Source: an uncultured Eubacteriales bacterium
GTDB taxonomy: Bacteria; Bacillota; Clostridia; Christensenellales; Aristaeellaceae
Direction: 5' to 3'
NCBI GenBank assembly: GCA_902765735.1
Contig: CACXBB010000001.1
Coordinates: 88,638-112,637, forward strand
DNA: 24,000 nucleotides
Below are positions 22,384 to 24,000 of this stretch, one piece after another (position 1 is the stretch's first letter; each line of letters opens with the position of its first letter). A program made the translations under genes and the position numbers. The notes beneath the pieces are model-generated. The model ran no database searches and was not told the origin of the DNA. It saw only the letters and a list, made by a program, of their open reading frames with translations.

Positions 22384-24000
22384 ATGGAACATCCTGAGTT
22401 GAAAACAGAGGTGGCGCGGCGGCGCACCTTTGCCATCATATCCCACCCGGACGCCGGCAAGACCACGCTGACGGAGAAGCTGCTCTTGTACGGCGGGGCG
22501 ATTCGCCAGGCGGGGTCCGTCAAGGCCCGCAAGGCCGCGCGGCACGCCACCTCGGACTGGATGGAGATCGAGAAGCAGCGCGGCATCTCGGTCACCTCGT
22601 CGGCGATGCAGTTCGACTACAATGGCTTCCGTATAAACATCCTCGACACCCCCGGTCACCAGGACTTCTCCGAGGACACCTACCGCACGCTGGTGGCCGC
22701 CGACAGCGCGGTCATGCTCATCGACAACGCCAAGGGCGTCGAGGAGCAGACCATCAAGCTGTTCAAGGTCTGCCGCCTGCGCTCGATACCGATCTTCACG
22801 TTTATCAACAAGATGGACCGCACCGGCCGCGACCCCTTCGAGCTGATGGAGGATATCGAGTCGGTGCTGGGCATACGCTCCTGCCCCGTGAACTGGCCCA
22901 TCGGCATCCACGGGGACTTCAAGGGCCTGTATCACCGGGACACCCGACTGATCGAGCTCTACTCCGGCGGCGATCACGGGCAGGGACAGGTCAACGTGGA
23001 GACCGTCTCCATCGACGACCCCGGCTGCCCTCAGAAGATCGGCCAGGGCTACTACGACAAGCTGGTCGAGGACATCGAGCTATTGGACGTGGCGGGGGAT
23101 GCGTTCGACATGGACAAGATCCTCTCCGGCCAGCTCACGCCCATGTTCTTCGGCTCCGCCACCAACAACTTCGGCGTCGAGCCGTTCCTGAACCGCTTTC
23201 TGACCTACACCAAGTCCCCGACGCCCCGCGTGGCGGAGGGGGTCGGGCCCGTCGCCCCGGACGACGACAAGTTCACCGGCTTCATCTTCAAGATCCAGGC
23301 CAACATGAACCCCGCCCACCGGGATCGCCTGGCCTTCATGCGGGTGTGCTCCGGTGTGTTTGAAAAGGGCATGACCGTGTGGCACTCCTCCAGCAATTCG
23401 AGGGTCAAGCTGGCCCAGCCACAGACCTTCATGGCCCAGGAGCACGAGAGCGTGGAGACCGCCTACCCCGGCGACATTATCGGTCTGTTCGACCCCGGCA
23501 TCTTCCGGCTGGGCGACACCCTCTGCACCGGCAGCCCCGTCAGGTATTCCGGCATACCGCTGTTCGCGCCGGAGTTCTTCTGCCGCGTCAGCCCCGAGGA
23601 CTCCATGAAGCGCAAGCAGTTTCTGAAGGGCGTCAACCAGCTTTCACAGGAGGGCGCGATACAGACCTTCAAGCGGCCCAACATCGGGCGCGAAGAGATG
23701 ATTGCCGGCGTCGTGGGCGTTTTGCAGATGGACGTGCTGGAGTACCGATTGAAGAGCGAGTACGGCGTCAACATCACCCGCGAAAACCTGCCCTTCCGCT
23801 TCGTGCGCTGGGTCGTGGAGACCCCGAAGCCGCTGGAAAAGCTGCGGCTCACCTCCACCACCGCCATCGCCGAGGACCGCGTGGGGCGGCCCGTGCTGAT
23901 GTTTGAAAACGAGTGGTCCATCCGCCTCGCCGGGGAGAACAACGAGGGCCTGGTGCTCGCGGAGACCGCCGACAGAATGACGGCGGATGAGATGGACTGA
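22384..24000 (+). CDS. prfC: Peptide chain release factor 3 (RF3, translational GTPase)
   Basis: MEHPELKTEVARRRTFAIISHPDAGKTTLTEKLLLYGGAI...DTPGHQDF...NKMDR are the G1-G4 GTPase motifs, and the layout is RF3-like. The ATG at 22384 lies 7 nt after GGAGGA. The stop is the last codon of the window. Confidence 0.95.
   Translation: MEHPELKTEVARRRTFAIISHPDAGKTTLTEKLLLYGGAIRQAGSVKARKAARHATSDWMEIEKQRGISVTSSAMQFDYNGFRINILDTPGHQDFSEDTYRTLVAADSAVMLIDNAKGVEEQTIKLFKVCRLRSIPIFTFINKMDRTGRDPFELMEDIESVLGIRSCPVNWPIGIHGDFKGLYHRDTRLIELYSGGDHGQGQVNVETVSIDDPGCPQKIGQGYYDKLVEDIELLDVAGDAFDMDKILSGQLTPMFFGSATNNFGVEPFLNRFLTYTKSPTPRVAEGVGPVAPDDDKFTGFIFKIQANMNPAHRDRLAFMRVCSGVFEKGMTVWHSSSNSRVKLAQPQTFMAQEHESVETAYPGDIIGLFDPGIFRLGDTLCTGSPVRYSGIPLFAPEFFCRVSPEDSMKRKQFLKGVNQLSQEGAIQTFKRPNIGREEMIAGVVGVLQMDVLEYRLKSEYGVNITRENLPFRFVRWVVETPKPLEKLRLTSTTAIAEDRVGRPVLMFENEWSIRLAGENNEGLVLAETADRMTADEMD

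Overview
GC-rich Firmicutes/Clostridia-type chromosomal segment, judged from GGAGG-type RBSs, a T-box leader, a PyrR attenuator, pta-ackA and yceD-rpmF. Most of it is core translation and central metabolism. In order: partial L,D-transpeptidase, degV, two tandem MgtC-family genes, a Cys-less ArsC/Spx-fold gene, a HAD hydrolase, T-box(Phe)-pheS-pheT with two translationally coupled extra genes (small kinase-like ORF and a COG2509-type FAD protein), XRE/cupin regulator plus acyl-CoA synthetase, rpmF-yceD, ackA-pta, an orphan small nuclease/toxin-like gene, pyrR-pyrP, pckA, a HEPN-like/CBS-pair gene co-transcribed with a RelQ/RelP-type small alarmone synthetase (SAS), and prfC. No rRNA, tRNA, CRISPR array, transposase or integrase was seen. 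Four things are not ordinary. (1) The HEPN-like/CBS + SAS two-gene operon is the best candidate for an undescribed nucleotide-signalling or conflict module. (2) A modular family of GC-rich multi-hairpin intergenic repeats occurs at six loci, with covarying stems, and at three places it is associated with 7-bp G-rich tandem arrays (GGGAACA/GGGAGTA) that fit the G-quadruplex pattern. (3) A near-consensus promoter embedded in the 3' end of the toxin-like ORF drives a ~125-nt structured RNA that ends at an intrinsic terminator upstream of pta-ackA. (4) pheST is extended by ATGA-overlap coupling to a minimal kinase-like gene and an FAD protein. All functional calls rest on motif recognition by eye, with no database search run. 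The many long antisense ORFs in the track are GC-driven shadow ORFs and were rejected.
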